DNA from: Takakia lepidozioides
Taxonomy: Eukaryota; Plantae; Bryophyta
DNA: 64,000 bases
Direction: 5' to 3'
Assembly (NCBI GenBank): GCA_030704615.1
Contig: CM060733.1
Span: 3,720,001-3,784,000 of the forward strand
Under the pieces are notes generated by a model. The model was not told the origin of the DNA and ran no database searches. It saw only the letters and a list, made by a program, of their open reading frames with translations. A program made the position numbers and the translations under genes. Of this stretch, positions 1 to 13,219 are shown in pieces (the stretch's first letter is position 1; every line of letters begins with the position of its first letter).

Positions 1-592
1 AATAAAAACTATGAGAAATAAAAATTGCTTAAAATTTGAACAACGGAAAAGGACATGTGAAATTCCCTCTTAAACCAAGGCCAAAGATGAGAAGTATGAA
101 AATGAAATGAAATGAAAATTTGGTGCAGAAAGTTGTAGAGCTTAGAGGAAAAATGGAGGAAAACCTCATAGAAAAAATTTGAGGACTGGCAAATTGAAAA
201 ATTGTATGTCAACAACGATTGAGTAAGGCTCCTCCTAGTGGGAGACTTCAGTGGGAGAATTGGTTATGCGAACAGCAAGTCCAATGTTTCAGAGAATGAC
301 TGGAAATGGGCTATTTTCTTCCGTTGTTAAAAACCTCTTTGACCGAATTTGAAGACTCCAGTGGTCGTGCCCGCCCATTTTGTTCTTGTGATCTATATGT
401 TATGTAGGCGAAACTCCCCCACAGGGTCATCTTTGTTGACCAGGACGTACAGCAGGCCAACATCCAGCAAACCAGAAACAAAGGACAAGAACGTCCACTG
501 GACATTCGAGGTTCAGTGCGACATAAGAAGATAACAAAAATGATTCCCCAACGCAAACAAGAAGGGCCATATCGAGAAGAAAAATTTCTTTC

Positions 593-3500
593 TTAAATCG
601 AAGTACTGGAGTTGACCTCAATAATATGTCCTTGGTCTGGAACTCGTTCGCACGACTCGTTTTCTGACTGACGATTAGCCTCCTCCAAATTAGCGCGCGT
701 CTTCACTGCTTCGGCGGCAGTAATTCTCTTAGTGCTATTCCTTGTCGTATTTTTTCGTGGAGGCATTGTCCACACAACATTGTTCACGTGGATCCATTGA
801 GGAGGATCTGACGAGTTATACTCCCAAAGTTTTGACCAACAGTCCCTGTACCTTTCCAAGTCTGTTGGGTTACCACATTTTCTCGGTCTCCACCACTTCA
901 CCTTCACCTTCTTAAAATTAGGATCCTCCCTTTCGCTGATCACGTCAGATATTGCCACCCCCATCCAGACCGGGCACGTACTTGGGTCATAAGGGCTAAC
1001 GAGCACAAAAAACCCTTTCTCAATATCCTTGAATGGATTCAGGGATATTCTTGGTCGCTCACACCTCGGGCCACAGTAAGGTTCTAGGATTTCATCCTCT
1101 TCTTCCACATCTGGCAATATATGTGGATGGATTCCATCTCTGTGATGATTCTTGGACCAATTTGTTTTCGGCCATAATCCCTCAAGAAGCTGAATACGGT
1201 CGGGAGCTTCTAGAATTGGCTTATCCAGCTCGGCGAGAATGTTTCCCCAGTACTGGTCGTATTGTTCCATTCGAGCTCTGTAATGATCGTCAAGCATCAT
1301 TCCTTTCGTCCAAAAATCCCTGTATTTTTTTATTCCATTCTTAATGAATGACTGTTTTTCGGAGGAGTCGTCCCCGACTCCCCAGATAGGTCTCCTTGGA
1401 ACGGCGTCTGGGTCTCCTTCAGGGAGCTTCGGAGTCCCGTCAGGATTGGACTTCCACATCTTCACGCTATTGTTTGTTGGAAGCCAATCCGAATCAGTAG
1501 CAGACTTCTTGTACTTCATGACGGGCCAGCCCTCCGCATCCTCAAAAAACTGGAAGACGTGCATCTCCGAAATCTTGACCAACGCCTCCTTTCCATCCAA
1601 AATACAGCCCTTGACAAAATTCTTGAAGTTGGGAACCTCCTGAATAATCTGTGGAATGAACTGCAGATCTTGCGAGGTCATAAAAGACCTCATCAAATTA
1701 GAAAGAATGTAGGTGCTCGTTCCTTCAGCTTCTTCGATAGGTAGCTGAAGAACCCGTCGATGTCCTCATGGGTGTGTCCGACCATTAAGAACCCTAGCTA
1801 GATTTCTTCATAAACATCTTTGGCGGTCAGGAGGGATAGAAAAACAAGCATCCATCTGTTCTTATTGTCATTCGCAGAGTTGTCCATTTGCAAGTACAGT
1901 CTTCTCGGAAGTGGACGAGCACCACGTTTGTCTTCCGGCTTGCAGGGTTTAAGAGCATCCAAACATCTCGATTTACCTCTTAAAAGTGATTCGAAAAACT
2001 CGTTTTGAAGTCGGTAATCGAAAATGTTCATGGACTCGCGACAGGTTGGCTTCTCCAGTTGGCGCAGGCAACGTGCCAAAGAACCAATTGTAAAGTTTGA
2101 ATTTCCCTTCCAGAACTCAAGAGAATATTGTCCGTAAGCTCCATCACCGTGTCCGTGCGTGACCATTCCCGTTAGTGAAACTGGAAGCTGACCCAATCCA
2201 TAAATCATCTTATTTGGAGTCTGTAGCCTTGGAACAGCTGTTTTCCTATGATCCATTTTGTCGTGAATAATACAGAGAAACTCCTCCGGAATCATAACGG
2301 ACTCATTCCTCCAGCTATGGTACAGTCTTATGCACGACTCTTGGTGCCTCAAATGTTTATCAAGCGCTCGTTTGTGTGTCACCTGTTCCGCACTTCTCTT
2401 GACAGACTTTCTGATCAGGTCATTTAACATCTCACACTCCGTGCACTTCGCAAAAGTACTCCCAGTTTTACGAACCTCCACGTTAGGAAATATCCGACTC
2501 CGGATGCGGTTAACAGCCGACTGCGAGACTTCTTCCAACCCGAAAAGTCTGTTGGTCTGTTACAATAAGGCAGGGTCAGGAAAGGAACGTCCACTGGACA
2601 GTGGAGGTTCATGAAGCTAGAACCACAGTCGAAAGAGACAAAATCGAAAGGAGGATCATCCACATTGAATCAGAAAAATCTTCCAGGAAAGAAATTGAAG
2701 AATGGAGATTTTATACCTCATTGGACTTCTCTCGTATTCGATTCCAGTTCATTCCAGGTGGTAAGACTCTCAAAGTATTCCTCTTTCCCTCCCCAATGCA
2801 TCTTGTCTTATGGGGCATGAGGTCAATATTTCCGTTGACAATGGACATAATGTTACCCTCTGCCTGAAGCGTCCTTGGGCGTGGCCTCTTCACTCCACGG
2901 TTCCCATGGAGACTTGACAACCAACCCTGTTTTTCAACTTTTTGTACTCCATGTATGTGGATCTGCCAATTCCATGAATTGTCCACCAAACAGTCTCACA
3001 TACATCCACACCCTTAATCGTAACGTATGCCCTGCGATAGGTCCCTTCCAGCATGTGAAGTCGTTTCGAAACATTCAGTCCGTGTTCTCTCCTCTCATCG
3101 AAAGTGGATCCCCAAAATGAAGTACGGATAGCCAAGGTTTTTCGCCAATCGAAATATTGACAGCAGTAAAGTCTGCAGCAAGGTTTGCTGCTCACGGACC
3201 GGACTTCCTCCAGAGTAAGATTCTTCATTCTTTTTTTGGAGTGTTCCAAATCTCGATCCCTCTTCTTTCTCGTAAAATGCCGATACGCCGCTTTCTTCAC
3301 ACCTGCCTCGTGATCTTCATACAAGATACTGTCAGAGGATCTAATAAGATTCTCCAGATCATTTGAGAGTAGTCTCCCACTTTCCAAAAGTCGTGTTTTT
3401 GTTAAAGGCCATTTTACAAGAGACATCAAAGATCCAGAACCTCCAGAAAGTATTATGGTGACAAGAACTCCAACATCGTCCTCTCCCAGTTTGTCATTGA

Positions 3501-3717
3501 GGATCACCTCGTCCGGAATGCAGGCTTGAATCCTCCCCTCGAATAGTGCACCCCCATCATCATCCAACAGTACGCACTGCAAGTTTCTCCAGTTGTTTCT
3601 TCCGAGTCCTCCGCTCGGATTTCCGGAACTCTTCGATGGTCTGTGGTTTGATTCATCCTCGTCGACGTCAGAATTCTTGGCAGTATCTCTTGTCTCCGAC
3701 ATAAAATCAGGATTCAT
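593..3717 (-). pseudogene. Sola1-like DDD/E transposase, disrupted
   Basis: ORFs 2890-3717, 2711-2989, 1798-2538 and 593-1696 join into one protein. Motifs: CCRLYCC...VCETVWWTIHGI, DLMPH, FAKCTEC, IIHDKMD, LYLQMDNSANDNKN and, past the TAG at 1798-1800, LGFLMVGHTHEDIDGFF. GT-AG intron at 2557-2716; frameshifts near 2980 and 1700. Sola1 assignment is from motif resemblance only. Confidence 0.75.
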
Positions 3718-6529
3718 GTCAGGCCCTCCTTGATACTCGTTATTCTCTGCAAGAACTTCGCCAACATTCTACATCACCGGGGTCCCAATGGCCTCCTTCA
3801 AGGTGTCAGCATCCATATGTCCATAAGGAAGAGGACATAATGAGTGTGCTTCATCATAGGAGATGAGAACCACTGAAATGGTTGAGGAAGATAATTGTTG
3901 TCCATGACAGGTCCCAACCCCGGAGACATTAAGGCAGTCCCCAGTGGCTACTGGAGATGAGGACCCGGGAAGAGTAAGAAACACTCTTTGACCCGTCTCT
4001 AAGATCATGATCACCGGAACCTCCACTGTACACGCGAGGTTCAAGAAACTGAAAACCCCTCCGTGACGACCTTACTGACAGTAATAAGCAGTATGAGTGA
4101 AGACTATATTCAGAGATGAATCAATTCAATAAAAGGAAATACACTCGCGTATGAACGTTTTAGAGAAGTAGAATAGAAATGGAATTGTTGTTTGGTCTGG
4201 AACATGTCATTTGAAGATTGTGACTAATTATATAACCTCCACTGTACAATGGAGGTTAGATGAGATACAGATGAAAAAGTCAGACTGATGAATATTAGTG
4301 GATGAACATGGTTACGTGGATGAATAATTGTAATGACGGATGGATGTGAGCATTGACGCGACTGTCCAGTGGAGGTCCACGACTTGAGGTATAACGAAAT
4401 ACAAAAATTGGAGAGTATTGGACTGTAATTTCTAAACATGCAGATGACAAATAAGTAAATTTTCCTGTAGAGTATCGAAAACACATAGATGTCTTAACAT
4501 TTTCTACGGGTGAAAAAGCAGTTCACACGAGAGATTATGGAAATTCAGAGAGTTACACCTGCGATGGCCACAGAGGTACAGGATGCTCAGAGAGGTGCAG
4601 TATGGGAAACGAGGTGGGAGATGACCAGAGAGGTGCGGGAAACACAATCTGCAAGTGAGAGGTATGGAGATAGAAGTTTGAACAGTTTTGCCACTCAGAC
4701 CTTATATAGAGGTGGAAACAAGGTTGCCCACTGGAACTCCTCCAATGGGATAGTGCGATACATTGTCTCGCGGATCGATTTCCGTCGCCGTTGATATCCG
4801 ATATGGCCACAATCGAACGGTTCTGGATGGTGCAGGAGTGCACTCTTTGACCGATTTCGGAAAAGAGTGTCCTTTACTGGTAGATCCCTATGTAACAATT
4901 ATGATGCCAGCAAGATAACGGCCGATAACGGTGGTTCAATGGTTTCGCACTCGTGCTTATAAAGCAGTACGTATTTCGCATTCAATGTTGTCCAAGTGGA
5001 TGATGGCCTGACGCCGATGACAAGCGTTTCATGAAATCTGCAGTGCAGCTATGACACTCGGCCGAGAATGCGGCAGGCGTAAATAAGTGACAGAGGAAAT
5101 ATTCCAAGCCTTAATCCGCCGAATGTAGACATGGTCAGGAGCAATAATTCCGAGCGGCAAAACGCCGCAAGAGGATCTGACTTGTACATTTCATTTATCG
5201 TCACGTGTGGGGTGTGGGAAATATCCCGCGGGGTTATAATTGATGATTCTGTGCAAGGGATCATTAACGTCATATTTTCTCGTTCATTCATCTATTTTTT
5301 CATTTCATCTAGTCATTCGTAAAATGGATGGATAGAATGGAAAGGATGAATTGGATGATATTTGCATGGATGTTGGATGGAACACGCGCGACCGTTCGAT
5401 TTCGAAAGGACGCGATAGTTCAGATCCTTTGCGACGGCACCATATAAGGGGTGTGGTCGTTCAGCCCACCCTTTCGTCACTCCATTGTGTACGCGGAAGC
5501 GCTGCGGAAGTGGTAAGACCGACTAGCGCTAGAAAAGAGAGAGTTTTGAAGAGGGGAGAGCGTGAAGAGCAGAGACTGTGCTGTGCAGGGTGCCGTGAGA
5601 GTTGAGAGAAGAGAGTGTGCAGTTCAGTGCAACATGAGAGTGCAATGGAGGAAAGGAAGCAGACAGCCGATTCAAGTGCAGATAGGAGACGGGAACGAAG
5701 CAGAGCGTAAGGGAGAGCGGAGCGGAGCGGAGCGGTGGAAGCTTAAGGGTCAGGCGTTTCAGGTCAGCAACAGGGGCACCGAAATGGCTCACGCATCTAG
5801 GAGGTAATGTTCTTGTTTACGCATGTGCTTTGATGTCATTCTCTCTTGCTCGCTTGTCATTCTCTCATTCTCTCTTTGTTCTGTTTGTTGATTTGTTCTT
5901 TTTGTTTTGTTGTTTGTTGCTTTGTTGGTCAGCATCGCCCACGTCGCTGTTGGTTTGCTTCTCTTCCTCACTCGCTTTCGTTCCAGAGGTTATAGAGCAT
6001 CATTTGATTCTTGCATGTCATGTTTCGTGAGTGTGCTGTCTTGTCTGATGCGGAGCATCTCTTTTCAATTCATGTGGTTCCAAAGCTGTTTCAATTAGTT
6101 TGAATTGATTAAAGCTGTTTAGGTGTTTCAATGCATTGCTGCTTCTCTGCTGATTGTTTGTATGGTGGTTTGTATGATGGTTGGTATGGGTGGTTTGTAT
6201 GATGGTTGGTATGGGTGGTTTGTGGTTCTGTTTTACTGGTGCTGCTGGATTATTAGGGTTATGGATTAGGGTTATGGCGGGTTAGGATCATGGTTTTTAG
6301 CGATTGTTTTTCCGAATTTCCGATATTTGATAACGGGTTTTTCTTCGGGGCTAGGCTACTCTAGTAGACTAGTCTCCGTAGACCACTAGACCTCTAGTTT
6401 ACCTCCATAAACTCCGACATGACAAACCACATGAACCTCGCCTGCCCAGTGGAGGTTCCTGCATGTTACTATGCCAAGGCACAACATAAGGATGTATTGA
6501 GATAGACTTATGTAGGTTCCTCCCCTGCG

Positions 6530-7063
6530 TTGATTTTTTGTTCTGTCAGTATAAAAAGAACGGGCGTAGGAGTGCACACGGTGGCCAAAGATGGTTCTGA
6601 GACCGTCGTTGACATCTGTAAGAGGCCAAGGAGACAGAATCCAGTAAGCATCAACGAAGCAGAAAACCAAGACGAATCACTGGTTGTATCGAAAACAAAA
6701 ACCTTCAAGAAGAGATATGAGAATCGAATATCAGATGTGGGCTCTGACGTGCGAACCTTCATAAATCCAGGCACTGACGAATCAATGTTCGAGGGAGTTA
6801 TTCGACAGGAGATAACGGAGGAAACAGAGGAAGAGAAAGATGAAAGTGACGAGTGTAATCTTCAGTCTGATTCAGATAATGACATTTCAGTAGGAGATAG
6901 TGAACAGTACCCGGGATCCGTCCTTCCGTCTTCTCCAGGATACACTCCTCACTCTCCTCAGTATACAGTCCTTGTAAAATCTCCAGAATATGTCCCCGCT
7001 GATTCTCCTCAGTACGTCCCTGGAGATTCTCCAGAATACATCTCTGGAGATTCTCCAACATAA
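6530..7063 (+). CDS. Acidic ORF ending in RNA polymerase II CTD-like Y-x-P-x(x)-S-P repeats (element A cargo)
   Basis: C-terminus SSPGYTPHSPQYTVLVKSPEYVPADSPQYVPGDSPEYISGDSPT. The pattern resumes after the TAA (TP-REYSPE), so the stop may be a mutated TAC. Confidence 0.5.
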   Translation: MIFCSVSIKRTGVGVHTVAKDGSETVVDICKRPRRQNPVSINEAENQDESLVVSKTKTFKKRYENRISDVGSDVRTFINPGTDESMFEGVIRQEITEETEEEKDESDECNLQSDSDNDISVGDSEQYPGSVLPSSPGYTPHSPQYTVLVKSPEYVPADSPQYVPGDSPEYISGDSPT

Positions 7064-8034
7064 ACCCCTAGAGAGTACTCCCCTGAAACCTTGAGGATAA
7101 TTCGAGAGAGCCTCCTGTAGTTATTGTAGATACAAGAAAATGAAAGATGAAACTCATCTTACAAAAGAATATCGATTTCTTGTAGAAATTATATATTCGT
7201 TATAGGAACAATTTTGAGACCGCATGATGTATGGAATGGTGAGACGAGCCTTCTCTGAATAAATGTATTATTCTGCTTATAAGTGAAATCGTTTTTTCCT
7301 CCTGAATTGAACTCTTTTATCTGTCAGCTATGAGCGTGTGAATTGTTGAACCTCCACTGGACAGTGGAGGTTACTGTCCTGGGAATCTTGTATGGTTGTC
7401 ATGATATGTGTCTGACGACCGAGGTGGTTTGTTCTGTACATTACCCTGAGGGATTGTATTGTTGGAATGTGCAAACCTATCTGTGGTTCATTTGTTTCTC
7501 GAAAATCTCCGAATTTCAAGAATGATCACCTGACAATTTTTGAGCTGAACCGGAGATCACAGAATGGGGCATTGTACCCGTTGGCACACCTCCGGACCAT
7601 AAGTTCCGGTTCCAATACAAGATTGGTGCAGAGGTCGCCGAGCTCAAATATGCAGATGTGGTCGACGTAGAGTTGGAGATGGATGTGGAATTTCCGATTT
7701 TGATAATGTTCATGATGGAAGATGGTAGATTTCCCAGAACGTTTGGCTTCAAACTGGAGGTACGAATTCTAAGGAAGGCCATGATGAGAGAGTCCATTCG
7801 GGCGGGGTTCACATATTGCGACGAGGGTACTCAATTTACAGATGAAGGTTTTTGCATGGCTTGGGGTATTTTCTTGGATGTGCTTTACTTAAAGGGTAAG
7901 GAGATTGCAAAGACGCGGGAGGAGGAGGAGGCTGCAAGAGCGAAGCCAAAGAAGGGAAACGGAAATCCATTGACGCCGGTGGTGATGACAATGAAGCCAG
8001 TACATCAGGGGGAAAGAAGAAACAAAAGGAGGAG

Positions 8035-11000
8035 ATGGATCCCGCGTTCATGACAAATACCAAGAAACCCAAGGCTGCAGACATATTCGACAAAGACAAG
8101 TGTGAGAAGATGCTGGAGAGGCTGGAGCAAGACTACAAGGACATGTTTCATTTTGGGTTTGAGGCGACCCAGGACGTCAAAGTTTCAATGATGGAGCTTG
8201 CTCCCAGGAATATGGTATACAGGCCCTAAATGTGAACCACAAAGACGAAATCAAAGCACGTCTTTACCAGCTCCGGGTGTTTGACTCCAAACATCCAGTT
8301 TATTTGATTCCCGCAAACCCCGAGAAGCCTATGGAGGTTTCTAGTTCGAAACCTCGAAACTGGAAGGAGGTGGAAAATTCCAGATTCTTCGTCATCGGTG
8401 GACAACACACGATCATTGCTGCCAAGGTAAATTCCCCGACAAAATCCAATTTTTGTAACAACATGAACCTCCACTGGACAGTGGAGGTTCATGAACTTTA
8501 AACAACATGCTTGTTAGGTCGATATCATTTATGACCTTATTCAATTCTGTCGCAGGAACTTGTGCAAGACGTGGACGATGACAATCTTAAGAAGTACTAC
8601 ACTGATTGGCCCTCAAAGATTATATGGTCAAAGGATCTGATGAGGCTCGTGAAGCTATCTGAGCTTCTAAACGACCCGAATAAGGCGCAGAAATTTGACA
8701 CAACATTTGCCGAGAAAGTTGCACATGCCCGAAATTTCTTCGAGCTGAGGGGGAGGCCGAAAAAGTACAACGATCACACAACGAAGTGGAGACTAGACAA
8801 TGGAAGGTAAATGATTCATTGTGTGTTCCGTTCCTTTTGCTAGAGAACCAAAATATTTTCAAGCTCGGATTTAATGTGATAAATGGAGACACTACAAAAA
8901 TAGCTTCATAAGGGAGGGTGCTACAATGAACGAGCGGAATGGTTCAGCATTCAAAAATTCGACATGATGGGGTCTTTTGTAATGTGTCTTGTTTGGTAAT
9001 GAGGTGCTTGTCCAGCTCTTATTTTCCCAATCTATTTATGTTCTCCACCTGTAACAGTTCCGCAAATGTGCCGCAAAAATACTTGAAACATCATATGATC
9101 ATGAAAACGTGATGTTGCGGAGAACGCTTCCAAAACTTTTCATGCTCATTGGGATTTTCAAGGATTTTCTAGGTACACTCTTGGAACTGTTCCTGGTGGA
9201 GAACATGAACAGATTGGACAAATTTGACTTGGAAGAGCACCGCATTCCGAAGCAGGAGACACTACAGAAAGAGCTTCAAATTACAAGGCACAACCAGATG
9301 GAGGGAGATGAATTAACAATCGAATCATCACTTGGTGTATAGTATAATTGACATGATAGTTGTGACTATTGTTTCATCTCAAAATTAATATCAAATATCG
9401 AATGAAATGTCTAACTTGGCCCTGATAATTTTCGTAGGAATTTATGCAAGCATGTCAACTCATACTGGAGATGAGTAGCGTGAAGGAGGCCATGGTTCTG
9501 GTTCTCTGTGATGAAGACGTATGGAACCTGTGGGATCAAACAGTGGGAACAAGGGAAGCTTATTGATATTTTCGGGATTCAGTGCAAGGGTGAACAGCTA
9601 CCGCTGAATAAAACCGCTATCGCGAAACTACAAGGACTTAATAGCAGGCAGTTGAAAAGAGTGGCGGAGAAAATCCTAAACAGAGACATTTGCATTCGGG
9701 GAACGAAATTCAAAGGCGCGGACAAATCCAAAAACACAATGAGCGCGTATATTGACCAAATGAAATTGCGACGGTTTATTATCGACGATGTAATGGAAGT
9801 CTTAGGATGGCCTCGGAGGAGCAAACAGAACCCGGAACCGTATACCAAACAGGAGTGGCGTGATGTTAAAAAAAAATACAACTTCAACAAAGCTTCAGGT
9901 CCCATTACACACAGTTGGGGGGGAACCAGAAATTTGGTGATGCCAGATCACGGTTGGGACTTGCACCAAAGAATCGGTTCGCCGACATATCCATGGTGTT
10001 CGTCAATACAGTTTGTGATGATGACTCTGTTGTCTTCGAGGCAAATGACTACTCAAATATCCTGGATGCTTTGTGGCTCGAAAGCTCATGTCCAGTGCTT
10101 TTGTGTTTTTCTCGACACAAGAATCATCGGGAAATCTTGTGTCTTACATCCGGAATGGCCCTGGATCAAAATCGTTTATTATCCGACAGGGTTATTACAT
10201 TCCTGGCGAGTTTGAATCACCTTACAAAGCTGCACGACTATTTTCTCCCGGACGGTCCTCTGCCTCGACTACGTATTTCCGGCAACAACTGAGGAGATGG
10301 TGAATCCGGACGACCACATTCAAACTGTTTTGTTATCGCCGGACCCAATTAATCCCGTTATCCAAGGACCAGATGTAGACCCGACCTCGCAGGAGAAGGA
10401 GTGCAGGACTTACAATCATGAACTGAGGCCGGACACCTACGAATACGGTTTTTTTTTTTGCAGGACGGAATGTCTTGTGTGAACATTTTCGGAGGACTGG
10501 CAATGACATACGTTCTGCTTGTAAGTGGATTCTGCATCTTGGAATTGTCTGTGTTTTCAGACGTTGTCGGACTAGCGTGTTTAACCTGTGTCTGATTGTT
10601 TCCATTTTGTTAACCTCCACTGGGCAGTGGAGGTTCATGTTATTGGAGTTGTGGGTGTTTTGGGTGTTTGTTATTCGGGAGTTTGGTGTGTTTGCTAGTT
10701 GTCTAAAAAGAAAGCCTAACCCTTTCAATCTTTCGATGGTTGGTGTTCGTCGGATTTATTTTGATATCATTGTTTGGTTTCATTGCAGGAAAGAAATATT
10801 CGTGTGCTCGACATAAACTTTGTAACGAAAAAGAAATTTTGTAGAAGTAAGGTGGAGGCCTATTTCAGGACCTTCCAGATTGACAATCAGACTATCGCAA
10901 GAGACGAAGATGACGGAAACTCACTGCAGGATGACGACGTGGACGAAGAAGATGATGACGAAGGACACGACAAGGATCAGGACGAGGAAATGGAGGAGAA

Positions 11001-12231
11001 ACTGAAAGAGGACGAGGAGGAGGAGAAAGACGAAGATGAGAACATGGAAATCATCAACAGAGACCAGGGGGAGATGCGGCTAACGTGGGAAAAGGAAAGA
11101 GAGGGCCAGGAAATTTCCCGGTTGGATAATCTAGGTAGTACTCCAAATACCCAAGAACGCGTTGCGCCACAAGATGTACACAATCTGGACAACTCTTCCT
11201 CCAGTTCCGATAACACCACGAATAAGAATCCGGCTTTTCCAGAGGGACAAGAAGCGACATCGAGGGAGTTAGTTGAAACCCTCGGTCAAGGGTTCACACC
11301 TGTGGAAGGTGACGAGCCATTGATTATGACACCGGATCCCGTAAACAATCGTCGTGAGCTGGTGTCCAAGAATGTCACCCAGGAAGTGGTTCTGGATGTA
11401 GTTAACGAATGACAATTAGTGAATGTTTATTCGTACACACTTCTGAATACAATATGACAATATTGTAATTATATATAATCCCAATGTTTTTCCCATATCC
11501 GTCTTTCTGGACTTCCGAATAAAACATATTTCCACCCGGATACATATTTCCGTTCGCACACCTTTGTGGACAGCCACTAACCGATTTGGATAACTTTTCT
11601 TGTAGATCCAAGAATCCAATTCGGAGGAAATGACACACACAAGAAAAGGATCAAAGGAGACTCAAACGGTGAAGAGACACGTGGATCTGACAGTGAGGGC
11701 CAGGTCACCTGAGCCGGTTCCGCAAGTAACCTCCACTGTCCAGTCGACGTTGCCATCAAGGGACGCAGGGATTGAGTCGGAGAATCCTCCTACTCGCGGG
11801 GAAGGAGAAGAGACAGAGCACCACAATCGCGTAATCCAACAACAGATCCCGATTCGGGTAAAACATTGGCTTTATTCTTATTACTCTTATTATTGGTCTT
11901 TCAGTCTCATCTTCGGTATTGCTCAATTCGGTAATTTTGTCAGATCATTTTGGACCACCATAGTCGTCATCCGTGGGATTTTTCATTAATTTCCTGTAGA
12001 TTCGTGAGACGACGTCTGAGGAGAGGACCGACTCCATCGACACTGAGACGGTGAAGAGAAGAGTGGATCGAACAATTACTGTCGCTCTATCTGAGCCGGT
12101 CATACAAGTTACCTCCACTGGACAGTCGAGGTTGCCATCTGGCTCCACAGAGAAGGACGATAACGTTGGACGTAGAGATGGGAAAGAGGAGGAGCAGCCT
12201 GCCCAGGGATCTCAGCAGCCACTCCAAAACG
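8035..12231 (+). pseudogene. Multi-exon cargo gene: ParB/Srx-like N-terminal domain, helical region, degenerate methyltransferase-like segment, acidic linker
   Basis: VSMMELAPRNMVYRP...HPVYLIP...RFFVIGGQHTIIAAK (donor at 8427) resembles the ParB 'hhhhDGxHR' strand. A later exon reads ELRPDTY...LQDGMSCVNIFGGLAMTYVLL|ERNIRVLDINF (10420-10820). Exons 10789-11397, 11606-11856 and 12000-12231 splice in phase. Several frameshifts. Confidence 0.55.
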
Positions 12232-12324
12232 GTAATGATTCAACTCCATTCTTCCGTTTGTCTACTTTGGGATTTCTCAAATTGAAATTAATAATGAAAC
12301 TCTTCTGTTATTCCACAGGACAAC

Positions 12325-13090
12325 ATGCATTACCCTCCAGTCGACTATTCCCTTTCTGTCAATCCAAACGATCTGCATTCCCTTCCTTGGGGACCGAACG
12401 GATGCCGGCCAGGATACTACGTCCTGGTTCTGGACATCGGTTACCTTTGTGAGGTTTTCCTAAAGGATGGAAAGAAAACACCTCCTGCCACCCAGCCTTG
12501 TATCTCCGCAGGGAAATTCAAGTTAGCTACGCGAAACGGTCTTGACGAATTCGTTAAGTGGGCCGTCAAAAAGTTTGCCGTTTGTTTTTGGAACACTGGA
12601 CCTGAAATGAACGTCGAGACTATCGCCAAGGCCGTGTTCGGGAAGTACTATTCCAGGTCAGAACTTACAGCAGTGAGAATTCCGTCATGATCGACATTCA
12701 ACGAAAAATGGCCCAAAGCTCCCAAAAATCCCATCTACTTTAAACGTCTTTACGACATTTTCGCTGAGGAACACCCGACGGCTTACAAATCCAATACTCT
12801 CCTCATCGACACTGTAGACAATATGTACAAGTCTTAGGACATACCATCTTCCTTCCAAAATATAAGGCGCGCGTGGACCCTGACAGGGATAAATTTCTAC
12901 TGGAAGAGCTCAAGCCTCACCTTAACATGTTCCGGTTATCGGGGATGGATGTCATGCCGTTCAACGACCTACATCCTTTCGGCGTTTCGAAGGATTTCTT
13001 CGAGGACGACCCAGCGGTCAAATTTCTTAGAGACTTTGATTATAGGTGGCAGAAGTTCCTTAGCAATCTCGAGTTGCGTGCCGCTGCATT
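12325..13090 (+). pseudogene. FCP1/NIF-like HAD phosphatase domain 1 (degenerate)
   Basis: YYVLVLDIGYLCEV...TRNGLDEFVKWAVKKFAVCFWNTG...YFKRLYDIF...NTLLIDT follows the NIF domain motif order; frameshifted. Confidence 0.6.
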
Positions 13091-13219
13091 GGGACATAAA
13101 TATTTGTTTCACGTTCTTGCCTGGTGTCGGTTTTTCCAATGCATTGTACTGTTCCCTTTTATCATCCTAAGTATGAATGACTCTCTGGCAGATTGGAGCA
13201 CCTGTTTCTCCTCCTGCGC

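Noticed and set aside
6160-6290. Short GT-rich tandem repeats and TTAGGG-like motifs as a telomere remnant
   Set aside because: Few, degenerate units; better explained as low-complexity intron or UTR sequence.
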